A stretch of DNA of 46,804 nt from an uncultured Acidimicrobiales bacterium (GTDB lineage Bacteria > Actinomycetota > Acidimicrobiia > Acidimicrobiales > SZUA-35), in assembly GCA_937930655.1 (NCBI GenBank), contig CALHBU010000385.1, forward strand, positions 1 to 46,804. Direction: 5' to 3'. Below are positions 1 to 7,736 of this stretch, in pieces. Position 1 is the stretch's first letter; the number at the start of each line of letters is the position of its first letter. The position numbers and the translations under genes were made by a program. The notes beneath the pieces were generated by a model. That model ran no database searches and was not told where the DNA came from. It saw only the letters and a list, made by a program, of their open reading frames with translations.

Positions 1-173
1 TCGATCAGGATGCGGTCGCCCGGCTTGGTGCTTGAAAGGTCGATGACCTCGGTCTTGGACGTTGCCTTGGAAATCATGCCCATGAGCAGTGCCAGGCCAG
101 AGGTAAAGACCCACGACTTGGCTGGTCCGCCGACATAGGAGCGAACACCGAGGCTGAGCAGTTTCCGAAGCAT
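1..173 (-). CDS. hypothetical protein, N-terminal fragment (gene runs off the left edge of the window)
   Basis: The minus-strand frame is open from the ATG at 173-171 to position 1 (MLRKLLSLGVRSYVGGPAKSWVFTSGLALLMGMISKATSKTEVIDLSSTKPGDRILI...). The ATG overlaps the stop of the upstream ORF as TAATG. It is too short to appear in the ORF track. Confidence 0.4.
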   Translation of the reverse strand, partial: MLRKLLSLGVRSYVGGPAKSWVFTSGLALLMGMISKATSKTEVIDLSSTKPGDRILI

Positions 174-385
174 TAGAGGCGACGGATCTCGAGCACCGTG
201 CTCTTCTTCTTGCCGGCCTTCTGACCGAGGATGTAGATGAGAAGAAGGATCAGTACCGCTCCGACTGCGCCGCCGATGGCGACCTTCTTCTTGCTGTCCT
301 CGGCGACACCATCGACCTGTCCTTGGATGTCGCGGAACTTGGCTTCGATGTCATCGGGTGAGATCTTTGCACTGGCATCGGTCAT
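173..385 (-). CDS. small tail-anchored membrane protein (charged helical N-terminus, one C-terminal TM, K-rich tail)
   Basis: 70-aa ORF with the TM segment VAIGGAVGAVLILLLIYILG followed by QKAGKKK. Its ATG overlaps the upstream stop (ATGA at 385-382). No family name assigned. Confidence 0.55.
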   Translation of the reverse strand: MTDASAKISPDDIEAKFRDIQGQVDGVAEDSKKKVAIGGAVGAVLILLLIYILGQKAGKKKSTVLEIRRL

Positions 386-708
386 GGCTGAATTACTTTC
401 TTCTTGGCCCGCTGGAACAGGATGAAAATCACCGCCAGGATCAGCAGCAAGGCTGCGATGGCGATCAGGTAAGGCAAGGTCGAGGCGAAGTTTCCACCGT
501 CGAAGGTGTCGCCCGTTTCCGACTGGACCAGGCGGAGAACCCCAAGGCCCATGAAGAAGGTGCCGATGAAGACGAAGATGGCGCCGGCGACACCCAGCCC
601 GAGGTACTTGCCGAGGGCTTTCAGCGGCTCGACCGTCTCCTGCTTGGCGTAGTCGACGAGCATGCTCTGGATTTCCTGCGCCCCTTCAAGGGGGTTGGGG
701 TTTGCCAC
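382..708 (-). CDS. two-TM small membrane protein resembling the actinobacterial Holin-X / 'phage holin family protein' group
   Basis: 108-aa ORF with a GTG start at 708 preceded by AAGAGGAAG. It has an amphipathic N-terminus (SMLVDYAKQETVEPLKALGKY), two hydrophobic helices and a KKK tail, which is the typical Holin-X-like layout. Confidence 0.6.
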   Translation of the reverse strand: MANPNPLEGAQEIQSMLVDYAKQETVEPLKALGKYLGLGVAGAIFVFIGTFFMGLGVLRLVQSETGDTFDGGNFASTLPYLIAIAALLLILAVIFILFQRAKKKVIQP

Positions 709-805
709 GTGAGTTGTGCTTCCTCTTGCGTTGCTGCTGGTTGATTAATGGACGTGATCGCCGGTTGCCCGCTCGGACGCTGAGTCTAGGCCGTTGGTTG
801 TTGAC

Positions 806-1420
806 TCACTGCTCCCCGAGTCTGAATTGCAGGAGCTCGATGGCCCCGTCGAGAGCTTCATTGAGAAGGGGCACCCGCTGATCGGGGCCGGGTGCTTCGA
901 GCAGTCGCTGTTTGTCGAACCCGCCGACTGGTGCCAATGCCGTCACCTGCATCGTGGCAATACTCAGCTCGTCGGAGAGCACCGGCAGTTGACCCATGTC
1001 GACACCGACTCGCTGCGCCAGTTCGATGCATGTCTCGAGGGTGGCGACGGTTGCGTCGAGATCGGCTCTCGTGATTTCCGATGCCTCTTCATCGGGCCAG
1101 AGTTCGATGTCAGCCAGTGGATAGGGATCGTCGGGCAGCCAAGCGTTGACCCTGAACCGGGACGTTCCGATGGAGATGATGGCGGAGCGTCCGTCGTCAT
1201 AGATTTTCGACTCGAGAACCCGAGCGATGGTTCCTACATCTGATCTGACATCGTCGCCGCCTACCTCAGAACCACGCTCGATCATGACGACCCCGAACTC
1301 GCTATCGCCATTGAGCACGTCGTCGACCAGGGCCCGATAGCGGGGTTCGAACACGTGCAGAGGCAGCACCATGGTGGGCAACAGAATCGATCCGAGCGGA
1401 AACTGTGGGAGTGGCGCCAT
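806..1420 (-). CDS. stand-alone LON N-terminal (substrate-binding) domain protein
   Basis: 204 aa. The N-terminus FPLGSILLPTMVLPLHVFEPRYRALV is the hallmark opening of the Lon N-terminal / PUA-like domain. There is no AAA+ or protease part. Confidence 0.7.
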   Translation of the reverse strand: MAPLPQFPLGSILLPTMVLPLHVFEPRYRALVDDVLNGDSEFGVVMIERGSEVGGDDVRSDVGTIARVLESKIYDDGRSAIISIGTSRFRVNAWLPDDPYPLADIELWPDEEASEITRADLDATVATLETCIELAQRVGVDMGQLPVLSDELSIATMQVTALAPVGGFDKQRLLEAPGPDQRVPLLNEALDGAIELLQFRLGEQ

Positions 1421-1421
1421 G

Positions 1422-2900
1422 TCAGTCGCTGCCTTCTTCCGGTATCGGTTCGGTAAAGGGCTTGGTTGGCAGCGGACTCAGTGCCGAAATGGCAGGGGCC
1501 TGCGGGTAGAGCACGAGATCCTCGATGAATGGCTCCTGTAGACCGCGGATGCCCTCGTCCTGGCCAGCCAACTCGCCATTGACCATGTAGGCGAAGACCA
1601 GCGCCGTTGCGGGATCGACACTTGAGAACGCGAAGCCGGAGAGCGCAGTGACCCCGTTGAGAGTGCCTGTTTTGGCGAACACCATGCCCTCGGCCGGGGT
1701 ATCGACATGGCGTCGGATCAAGCTGCCCCGTTCGCCGCCGATGCTCAATGACTGGGCAAAGACCGACGTAGGACCGGCCGAGTCGAGGATGGCGGCCAAC
1801 AAGCTGCACGTAAGGGTGTTGGTCTCGGCCAGACCCGACCCATCCACGACCGATACCCCCGCCATCGGGAGACCCTGGTTGCGGAGGAATGCGGTGATGG
1901 CGGCTGTTCCGGCCTGGGTGGAGCCTTCGCCGTTGACCTCCAAGCCCAGGTGCTTGACCAGGAGTTCGGCACCGAAGTTGCTGCTGTAGGAGTTGACGTG
2001 GGTGATGATGTCAGCGAGTGGTGGCGACGCGATCTCGGCGATCGGTACTGCCCCTTGTCGAGCCGGTCCGGCTTCGGTTGATCCGATGGTGACGCCGCGT
2101 TCGGTCAGAAGGCGGGCCAGTACCTGGGCGGCCTGCAGTGGAGGGTTATCGGTCGGAACCCGGGGTCGACTCGACCCTTCATAGGTTGCCGGCCACTGCT
2201 CGAAGCCCTCGTTGACGGCCAGCGCCGACAGTGGGCCCGACTGGTTGCTGTCGATCAACCGCTGGGCCCATTGGCCGGTGCGAACGGTGTCGAAGTAGCT
2301 CTCGTCGCCGACCAACGCACCAGTTACTTCGCTCAGACCCTGGGCCACGATGCTGTCGGCCAGGTCTTCCAACCTGGTGTGGGCCCGGCCATTTTGGTCG
2401 TCGTACTGGTTCCACCACTCATCGGTGCCGAGGAACGGATCGCCACCTCCGATGAGGTAGAGATTGCCGTTGATGACGCCATCGACGATGTCGCCATCGG
2501 CGGTGACCGTTGTGACGAAGGTGGCTTCGCCCCCGAAGGTCTGAAGTGCGGCGAAGGTGGTCGGCAGCTTCTGGTTCGATGCTGGCACCATGGGGATGTC
2601 CTCGTTCTGGGCCCCAAGAATTCTCCCGTCGACGAGAACCAGCAGACAGGTGTCGGGGGTCGAATTGTCCAACACCGTTTGCAACGAAGGGGCAAGTGCA
2701 TCCCGTGCCACCGGTGCCTGCAGCGTCTCGGGAATACGGCGGGCGGAGAGAAGAGGCGAACCAAGTGCCTCCTCGTACACAAGCCGCTGGTCGCTGACAT
2801 CGTCGGTGTCGGTGCGTTCTGCCGTTTGCCACGCGCCAAACGCCAGCATGGTGAGCAAGAGAAGCGGAAGCCACCGTCTGATGGTCTTGGCCGAGAGCAT
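1422..2900 (-). CDS. dacB: D-alanyl-D-alanine carboxypeptidase/endopeptidase, PBP4 family (peptidase S13)
   Basis: 492 aa with a signal-peptide-like N-terminus (RRWLPLLLLTMLAFGAW) and the SxxK motif in PASNQKLPTT. Later segments (DGSGL, KTGTL) are typical of class C low-MW PBP4. Confidence 0.8.
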   Translation of the reverse strand: MLSAKTIRRWLPLLLLTMLAFGAWQTAERTDTDDVSDQRLVYEEALGSPLLSARRIPETLQAPVARDALAPSLQTVLDNSTPDTCLLVLVDGRILGAQNEDIPMVPASNQKLPTTFAALQTFGGEATFVTTVTADGDIVDGVINGNLYLIGGGDPFLGTDEWWNQYDDQNGRAHTRLEDLADSIVAQGLSEVTGALVGDESYFDTVRTGQWAQRLIDSNQSGPLSALAVNEGFEQWPATYEGSSRPRVPTDNPPLQAAQVLARLLTERGVTIGSTEAGPARQGAVPIAEIASPPLADIITHVNSYSSNFGAELLVKHLGLEVNGEGSTQAGTAAITAFLRNQGLPMAGVSVVDGSGLAETNTLTCSLLAAILDSAGPTSVFAQSLSIGGERGSLIRRHVDTPAEGMVFAKTGTLNGVTALSGFAFSSVDPATALVFAYMVNGELAGQDEGIRGLQEPFIEDLVLYPQAPAISALSPLPTKPFTEPIPEEGSD

Positions 2901-2975
2901 GAGTGATCAAACGTAGCGCCGCTCAGCCCGCTGATTGCGCCACATGATTCCGGTGAGCGCGCGAGACTTCGTTCA

Positions 2976-3458
2976 ATGAGCCACAACCTTTGGTTTCGTC
3001 TGGCCGCTGGCGTCGTAGTCCTCGGTCTTGCCGCTGCTGCTTGTAGCGAGCCAGAGCCAGTCGAACAGACCGAACAGACCGAACAGACCGAACAGACTCA
3101 ACAGACTCAAGAGAGCGAACAGACCGAGCCGGCGACAGGAGACGCCCAGCTGCACCCCGATGTGCTCGATGCTGTCTTCGATCAACAAGACGATGGGTTG
3201 TGGACCGTTGCGGTCACGCTCAGCTCTCCCTATGACTCTCCGGAGCGTTACGCCGATGCCTGGCGGGTCACCAGCCTCGACGGCGAAACCACATGGGGCG
3301 TTCGGGAGCTGACCCATGATCATGCCGATGAGCAGCCATTCACCCGGTCCCAAAGCGGCATAGAAATCCCGTCGACCGAGACGACGGTGCTGGTGCAGGG
3401 TCGGGATCAGGCCAACGGGTGGGGCGAACCGAAGCAGTTTGATCTGCCCCAGGGTTAA
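2976..3458 (+). CDS. secreted lipoprotein with a TEQ-repeat linker and an uncharacterised conserved C-terminal domain
   Basis: 160 aa. Lipobox LAAAAC follows a hydrophobic signal. The low-complexity linker is (EQT)n, and the C-terminal domain carries THDHADEQPFTRS. Confidence 0.7.
   Translation: MSHNLWFRLAAGVVVLGLAAAACSEPEPVEQTEQTEQTEQTQQTQESEQTEPATGDAQLHPDVLDAVFDQQDDGLWTVAVTLSSPYDSPERYADAWRVTSLDGETTWGVRELTHDHADEQPFTRSQSGIEIPSTETTVLVQGRDQANGWGEPKQFDLPQG
3063..3125 (+). repeat. in-frame 9-bp tandem repeat (7 units; GAACAGACC x3 perfect plus 4 degenerate) encoding the (EQT)n linker
   Basis: Read directly: GAACAGACC GAACAGACC GAACAGACC GAACAGACT CAACAGACT CAAGAGAGC GAACAGACC. Confidence 0.9.
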
Positions 3459-3480
3459 TCTGCCAGAGGTTTGATCTGTC

Positions 3481-4134
3481 CTAGGGCTCGAGGGCGGCCC
3501 GTATGAATTGCCGCATGTGACTGAAGCGACGCTCCAACGCTTCATGGGAATAGGGGTCGTCGTCGAGTAACCCCCGCAACATTGATTGATCGGAGAAGTA
3601 CGTCAGCAGGGCGCCGTACCCGGTCACCACCAGGTTCTCAGCATCCTGGGTTCTGAACAGCCCGGCCTCCATCTCCCGTTCGAAGAAGGCGACCGAGCGG
3701 AGGAAGTAAGGGCGGAGCGCTTCGCCCAGGTTGACGCCCAAGGGGCTCTGCTCGGACAGAGCTTCCCGGCGGACAATACGCACGATTTCAGGATTGGTGC
3801 GGAAGAAATCGAAGCTGACTTCGAGCACCGCGTCGATCAGCTCCCACCCGTTGAGACCACCGAGTCGCACCCTGTCGACCTGCTCACCCCAGTCGGCCAG
3901 GGCATCGAGGAGGACCTGCTGGTAGATCGCTTCCTTGGAGGCGAAGTAGTGGATCAGGCTGGGTCTTCGAATGCCAACGCCGGCCGCGATGTCGTTGAGC
4001 GACGTGCCATCGAACCCCTGGCGAGCGAAACAATCCTTGGCTTCGCGGAGAATTGCCTCTCGGGTTGGGACATCCCTCACGGTGGTGGACACTACCGGGA
4101 TGGAGATCATCGCCGCATTGTTCATGGACGACAT
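3481..4134 (-). CDS. TetR/AcrR family transcriptional regulator
   Basis: HTH region REAILREAKDCFARQGFDGTSLNDIAAGVGIRRPSLIHYF. The track ORF (to 4224) has a G/A-rich, improbable N-terminus. Candidate ATG starts are at 4134, 4125 and 4110. Confidence 0.8.
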   Translation of the reverse strand: MSSMNNAAMISIPVVSTTVRDVPTREAILREAKDCFARQGFDGTSLNDIAAGVGIRRPSLIHYFASKEAIYQQVLLDALADWGEQVDRVRLGGLNGWELIDAVLEVSFDFFRTNPEIVRIVRREALSEQSPLGVNLGEALRPYFLRSVAFFEREMEAGLFRTQDAENLVVTGYGALLTYFSDQSMLRGLLDDDPYSHEALERRFSHMRQFIRAALEP

Positions 4135-4501
4135 CGAGCTCCGCTCGGTTCCTGGCCCGTCTACCCGTATCGATCTCAGCGGTATCCAGTTCTCGGCTCC
4201 GGCTCCGGCCCCCGCCCCCTGCACCGTTGCTCCTCACCTCGTGGTGTTGGTCTGGGAACCACCGGATGGCAAGGGCGTCGGGGCGTTGGAGGTTGTCTTC
4301 CGGCCCGAGGGTTCGAGCGACGACGATGAACCCCTCGCCCGCAATGTCCAGCCGCTGGAGATCGAGCCGGGCAAGTTCAACTACCGGCTTGTTCGGGCCG
4401 AACTGGAGTTTCAGGACTATTCGACGGTTCTTGCCCACTGCCGGATCGATCAGGGCCCGATCCGACCTGTTCCCTACACGCTCCTGCCTCCAGTCCAGTG
4501 A
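4100..4501 (+). CDS. uncharacterised small protein (about 125-134 aa), translationally coupled to the FIST gene
   Basis: Internal ATGs at 4100 and 4124 lie within the 3971..4501 ORF. The sequence MEIIAALFMDDIELRSVPGPSTRIDLSGIQF...YRLVRAELEFQDYSTVLAHCRID looks like a real beta-rich protein. Its stop overlaps the GTG start of the next gene (GTGA, 4498-4501). Confidence 0.55.
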   Translation: MEIIAALFMDDIELRSVPGPSTRIDLSGIQFSAPAPAPAPCTVAPHLVVLVWEPPDGKGVGALEVVFRPEGSSDDDEPLARNVQPLEIEPGKFNYRLVRAELEFQDYSTVLAHCRIDQGPIRPVPYTLLPPVQ

Positions 4502-5625
4502 TCGGCACTGCCCAGTACGCCTCGGGCTTGTCCACCCACCCTGAGCCAGCGGTTGCTGTGGCCGAAGCCATTGGCTCAGTGCTCGAAGCCGTCGGCGAGG
4601 CACCGGATCTGGCGGTGGTCCTGGCTTCGGGTTCGATGTGCGCCCATTTGCCCGACGCCATGGAGGCGGTGCACACCCTCATGCGGCCTGCGTCGGCCCT
4701 GGCGGGGACAGCGGTCGGCGTGTTGGCTGGTGCAGAGGAGGTCGAGTCCGGCGATGCAATCACGGTTTGGGCCGGTCGCACCGGTGCAGTGTCGCCCTGT
4801 CGGTTCGAGGTCATCCCGGGAGCCGCGCCGGCGATCGCCGGCCTGCCAGCGACTATCGAACAAGGCAGCATGCTGATGCTGCTGGCCGACCCCTACAGCT
4901 TTGCTGTCGATGCGCTGATCGCCCAGCTCGCCGATGAACACCCCACGGTGCAATTGGCTGGCGGTTTGCTCTCGGCCGGTCCCAGCCAGAACCGACTGTG
5001 GCTCGACAACGTCGAGCATCAGGGCGGCGCCGTTGGCGTCGTTCTCCCACCCGGAGTGGCTCAACCGGTGGTGAGTCAGGGTTGTCGACCGATTGGTAGT
5101 CCCTGGACGGTGACCGCCGGCGAGGGGCAGTTCATCGTCGAACTGGGTGGTGCGCCGGCCCTCGACCGAGTGAACGAGACGATCACCGACTTGTCGCCGA
5201 GAGATCGTCTCTGTGCTTCGCAGGGTTTGCATCTCGGCATGGTGGCCAACGAAGTTTCTGAGGAGTTTCAGCGGGGCGACTTTCTGATTCGTGGCGTGCT
5301 GGGTGCCGATCGGGCCAAAGGGTCGATCGCCGTTGGAGCGGAGGTGGCCGTAGGGCAGACCGTTCAGCTTCAGGTTCGTGATGCGGAGTCGGCTCACGAG
5401 GACCTGGCCGAGCTTCTTCCCTCCGATCGTTCGAGTGGTGCGCTTGTGTTCACCTGCAATGGTCGGGGCAGTCATTTGTTTGCCGAGCCCAATCACGATG
5501 CAGCCCTGGTCAGCGAGGCCACGACCGGTGGTGTTGCCGGCATGTTCTGCGCCGGGGAGCTGGGTCCGATCGGAGCCTTGAACGCGGTCCATGGATTCAC
5601 TGCCACTGTCCTGCTATTCAGCTGA
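4498..5625 (+). CDS. FIST (N+C) domain sensory protein, stand-alone
   Basis: 375 aa. The C-terminal segment ALVFTCNGRGSHLFAEPNHDAALVSE...GMFCAGELGPIG is the characteristic FIST_C ending. No output domain is fused. Confidence 0.75.
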   Translation: MIGTAQYASGLSTHPEPAVAVAEAIGSVLEAVGEAPDLAVVLASGSMCAHLPDAMEAVHTLMRPASALAGTAVGVLAGAEEVESGDAITVWAGRTGAVSPCRFEVIPGAAPAIAGLPATIEQGSMLMLLADPYSFAVDALIAQLADEHPTVQLAGGLLSAGPSQNRLWLDNVEHQGGAVGVVLPPGVAQPVVSQGCRPIGSPWTVTAGEGQFIVELGGAPALDRVNETITDLSPRDRLCASQGLHLGMVANEVSEEFQRGDFLIRGVLGADRAKGSIAVGAEVAVGQTVQLQVRDAESAHEDLAELLPSDRSSGALVFTCNGRGSHLFAEPNHDAALVSEATTGGVAGMFCAGELGPIGALNAVHGFTATVLLFS

Positions 5626-5691
5626 TCGAAGAAGCTACGGTGCTGGTAATGGAGCCGGTGACCGGCCGGCCCGATCGACTGAGGTGAACCG

Positions 5692-7680
5692 TTGAACGAC
5701 GCAGCAGACACCGAGCTCCAAAAGCGCGGGATCGATGTCATTCGGGCTCTAGGGATGGATGGACCCCGGGCTGCCAACTCGGGCCACCAGGGAACGGCGA
5801 TGTCGCTCGCTCCCCTGGCCCATGTTCTCTACACCCGGTGCATGAACTACGACTCGGCCGACCCGACCTGGGCCGATCGCGATCGGCTCATTCTTTCCAA
5901 CGGCCACGCGTCGATACTCCTATATTCCATGCTGTATCTCACCGGCCATGGTCTTGAGCTGGACGATCTCCGGCAGTTCCGGCAATGGGATTCCGCCACT
6001 CCGGGACACCCCGAGGTCGGTCACACCGCTGGGGTCGAGGTAACCACTGGGCCTCTCGGCCAGGGGCTAGCCAACGGCGTTGGTATGGCTATTGCCGAGC
6101 GAAACCTCCGGGCCCGGTTCGGCGCCGAGATCACCGACCACTACACCTATGTGATTGCCGGCGACGGCTGCCTTTCCGAAGGCATAAGTCACGAAGCGGC
6201 ATCGTTGGCCGGTCATCAGGGATTGGGTCGCCTCATCGTCTTTTACGACGACAACCACATCACCATCGATGGCGAGACCGAGTTGGCCCTCGGCGACGAC
6301 GCTGCCGCCCGATTCGCAAGTTATGGCTGGGATGTCAACGACCTTGGCGAGGCGGCCGAGGACCTCGATGCCATGGAATCAGCTATCAACCGGGCCAAAG
6401 GCATCGACGACAAGCCGTCCATCATCATTCTCCGGTCACATATCGGCTTCCCATCGCCCGACCACACCGACAGCCACGAGGCGCACGGTCTGGCGTTCGA
6501 CGACGAGTCAATCGCCAGGACCAAAGAGGTCATGGGCATTCCCAACGAGCCTTTTTGGGTACCTGACGCCGTGCTGGCCCTGTACCGGGAGGCCGGGGCT
6601 CGCGGCAGCAACGCCCGCTCGGACTGGACCGCACGTCTAGCAGCCCACCAGGGCTCGGACACCACCAACGACCGGGCGGCATGGGATGCCGCATGGTCGG
6701 GTCAGCCGTTGGCCGGATGGCAGGATCTGCTGCCGTCCTACGACCCCGGTTCCAAAGTCGCCACCAGAAAGGCCTCGCAGGCTGCTCTCACCGCATTAGC
6801 TCCCGTAACTCCTGGAGCTATTGGAGGCTCAGCCGACCTCACGGGTAACACCGGCACCCTCCTGCCCGATATGGGCGTGCAGTCGGCCGGCGATCCGGCC
6901 GGTCGCCAGATCTACTTTGGTGTTCGCGAGCACGCGATGGGTGCCGTCATGGTCGGGCTGGCTCACCACGGCGGCATGTTGCCGTTTGGCGGAACCTTCC
7001 TGGTGTTCAGCGACTACATGCGGCCAGCCGTCCGCTTGGCTGGTTTGTCCAACGCCAAGTGCATCTTTGTCTGGACCCATGATTCGGTCGGAGTTGGTGA
7101 GGACGGCCCGACCCATCAACCGGTCGAGCACGTCATGAGTCTCCGAGCAATCCCCGGCGTCCGAGTCATCCGTCCCGCTGATGGCACCGAAACAGCTGGT
7201 GCCTGGAAGCTGGCCCTCGAGTCCGACGGCCCTTCTGCGTTGATTCTCAGTCGTCAGGATCTGCCGGTTCTCGAAAACTCATCGGTCGATGGTGTCAGCC
7301 AGGGGGCCTACGTGGTTTCCGGGCCGGCCGATGCCGTTGTGGCTTTGGTCGGAACCGGCAGTGAGGTCAGTCTCTGTGTGGAGGCCGCTTCCAAGTTGGC
7401 GGCCGACGGAATCTCGGCTCGTGTGGTCTCGATGCCGTGTTGGGAGACCTTCAGCGAGCAGCCGTTCGAGCTTCAAGACGACGTGTTGCCGCCCGGTCTA
7501 CCCACCGTTTCGGTCGAGGCCGGTGTCACTCTGGGCTGGGGCGAACATGCTGATCTGGCTGTTGGCATCGATCGATTCGGTGCGTCGGCTCCCGGCTCGG
7601 TTGCAATGAGCGAACTGGGAATGACCGTTGACAACGTGATCGACGCGGTGAGCGAGCTGCTCCGCGCGGTCGACGGCTGA
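5692..7680 (+). CDS. tkt: transketolase
   Basis: 662 aa with NSGHQGTAMSLAPLAHVLY and the ThDP motif GDGCLSEGISHEAASLAGH. The TTG start is preceded by GAGGTGA. Confidence 0.95.
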   Translation: MNDAADTELQKRGIDVIRALGMDGPRAANSGHQGTAMSLAPLAHVLYTRCMNYDSADPTWADRDRLILSNGHASILLYSMLYLTGHGLELDDLRQFRQWDSATPGHPEVGHTAGVEVTTGPLGQGLANGVGMAIAERNLRARFGAEITDHYTYVIAGDGCLSEGISHEAASLAGHQGLGRLIVFYDDNHITIDGETELALGDDAAARFASYGWDVNDLGEAAEDLDAMESAINRAKGIDDKPSIIILRSHIGFPSPDHTDSHEAHGLAFDDESIARTKEVMGIPNEPFWVPDAVLALYREAGARGSNARSDWTARLAAHQGSDTTNDRAAWDAAWSGQPLAGWQDLLPSYDPGSKVATRKASQAALTALAPVTPGAIGGSADLTGNTGTLLPDMGVQSAGDPAGRQIYFGVREHAMGAVMVGLAHHGGMLPFGGTFLVFSDYMRPAVRLAGLSNAKCIFVWTHDSVGVGEDGPTHQPVEHVMSLRAIPGVRVIRPADGTETAGAWKLALESDGPSALILSRQDLPVLENSSVDGVSQGAYVVSGPADAVVALVGTGSEVSLCVEAASKLAADGISARVVSMPCWETFSEQPFELQDDVLPPGLPTVSVEAGVTLGWGEHADLAVGIDRFGASAPGSVAMSELGMTVDNVIDAVSELLRAVDG

Positions 7681-7736
7681 AGCTCTATCCACGTAGGTTC
7701 GGCACACAGGTGCCGCTGACGAAAGGAACCAGCGTC

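Noticed and set aside
3063-3125. Short tandem repeats (also 32850-33047) considered as CRISPR-like arrays
   Set aside because: The units are 9 and 18 bp with no spacers. They are in frame inside coding sequences, and no cas genes are present.
4576-5592. 338-aa minus-strand ORF, and similar long antisense ORFs at 7473-8435, 10301-10987, 18036-18848, 35862-36821 and 39805-40899
   Set aside because: Each is antisense to a confidently identified gene (FIST, tal, fbiC, mobA/DUF3151, gltD, gltB). All have Arg/Gly/His-rich, unprotein-like sequence.
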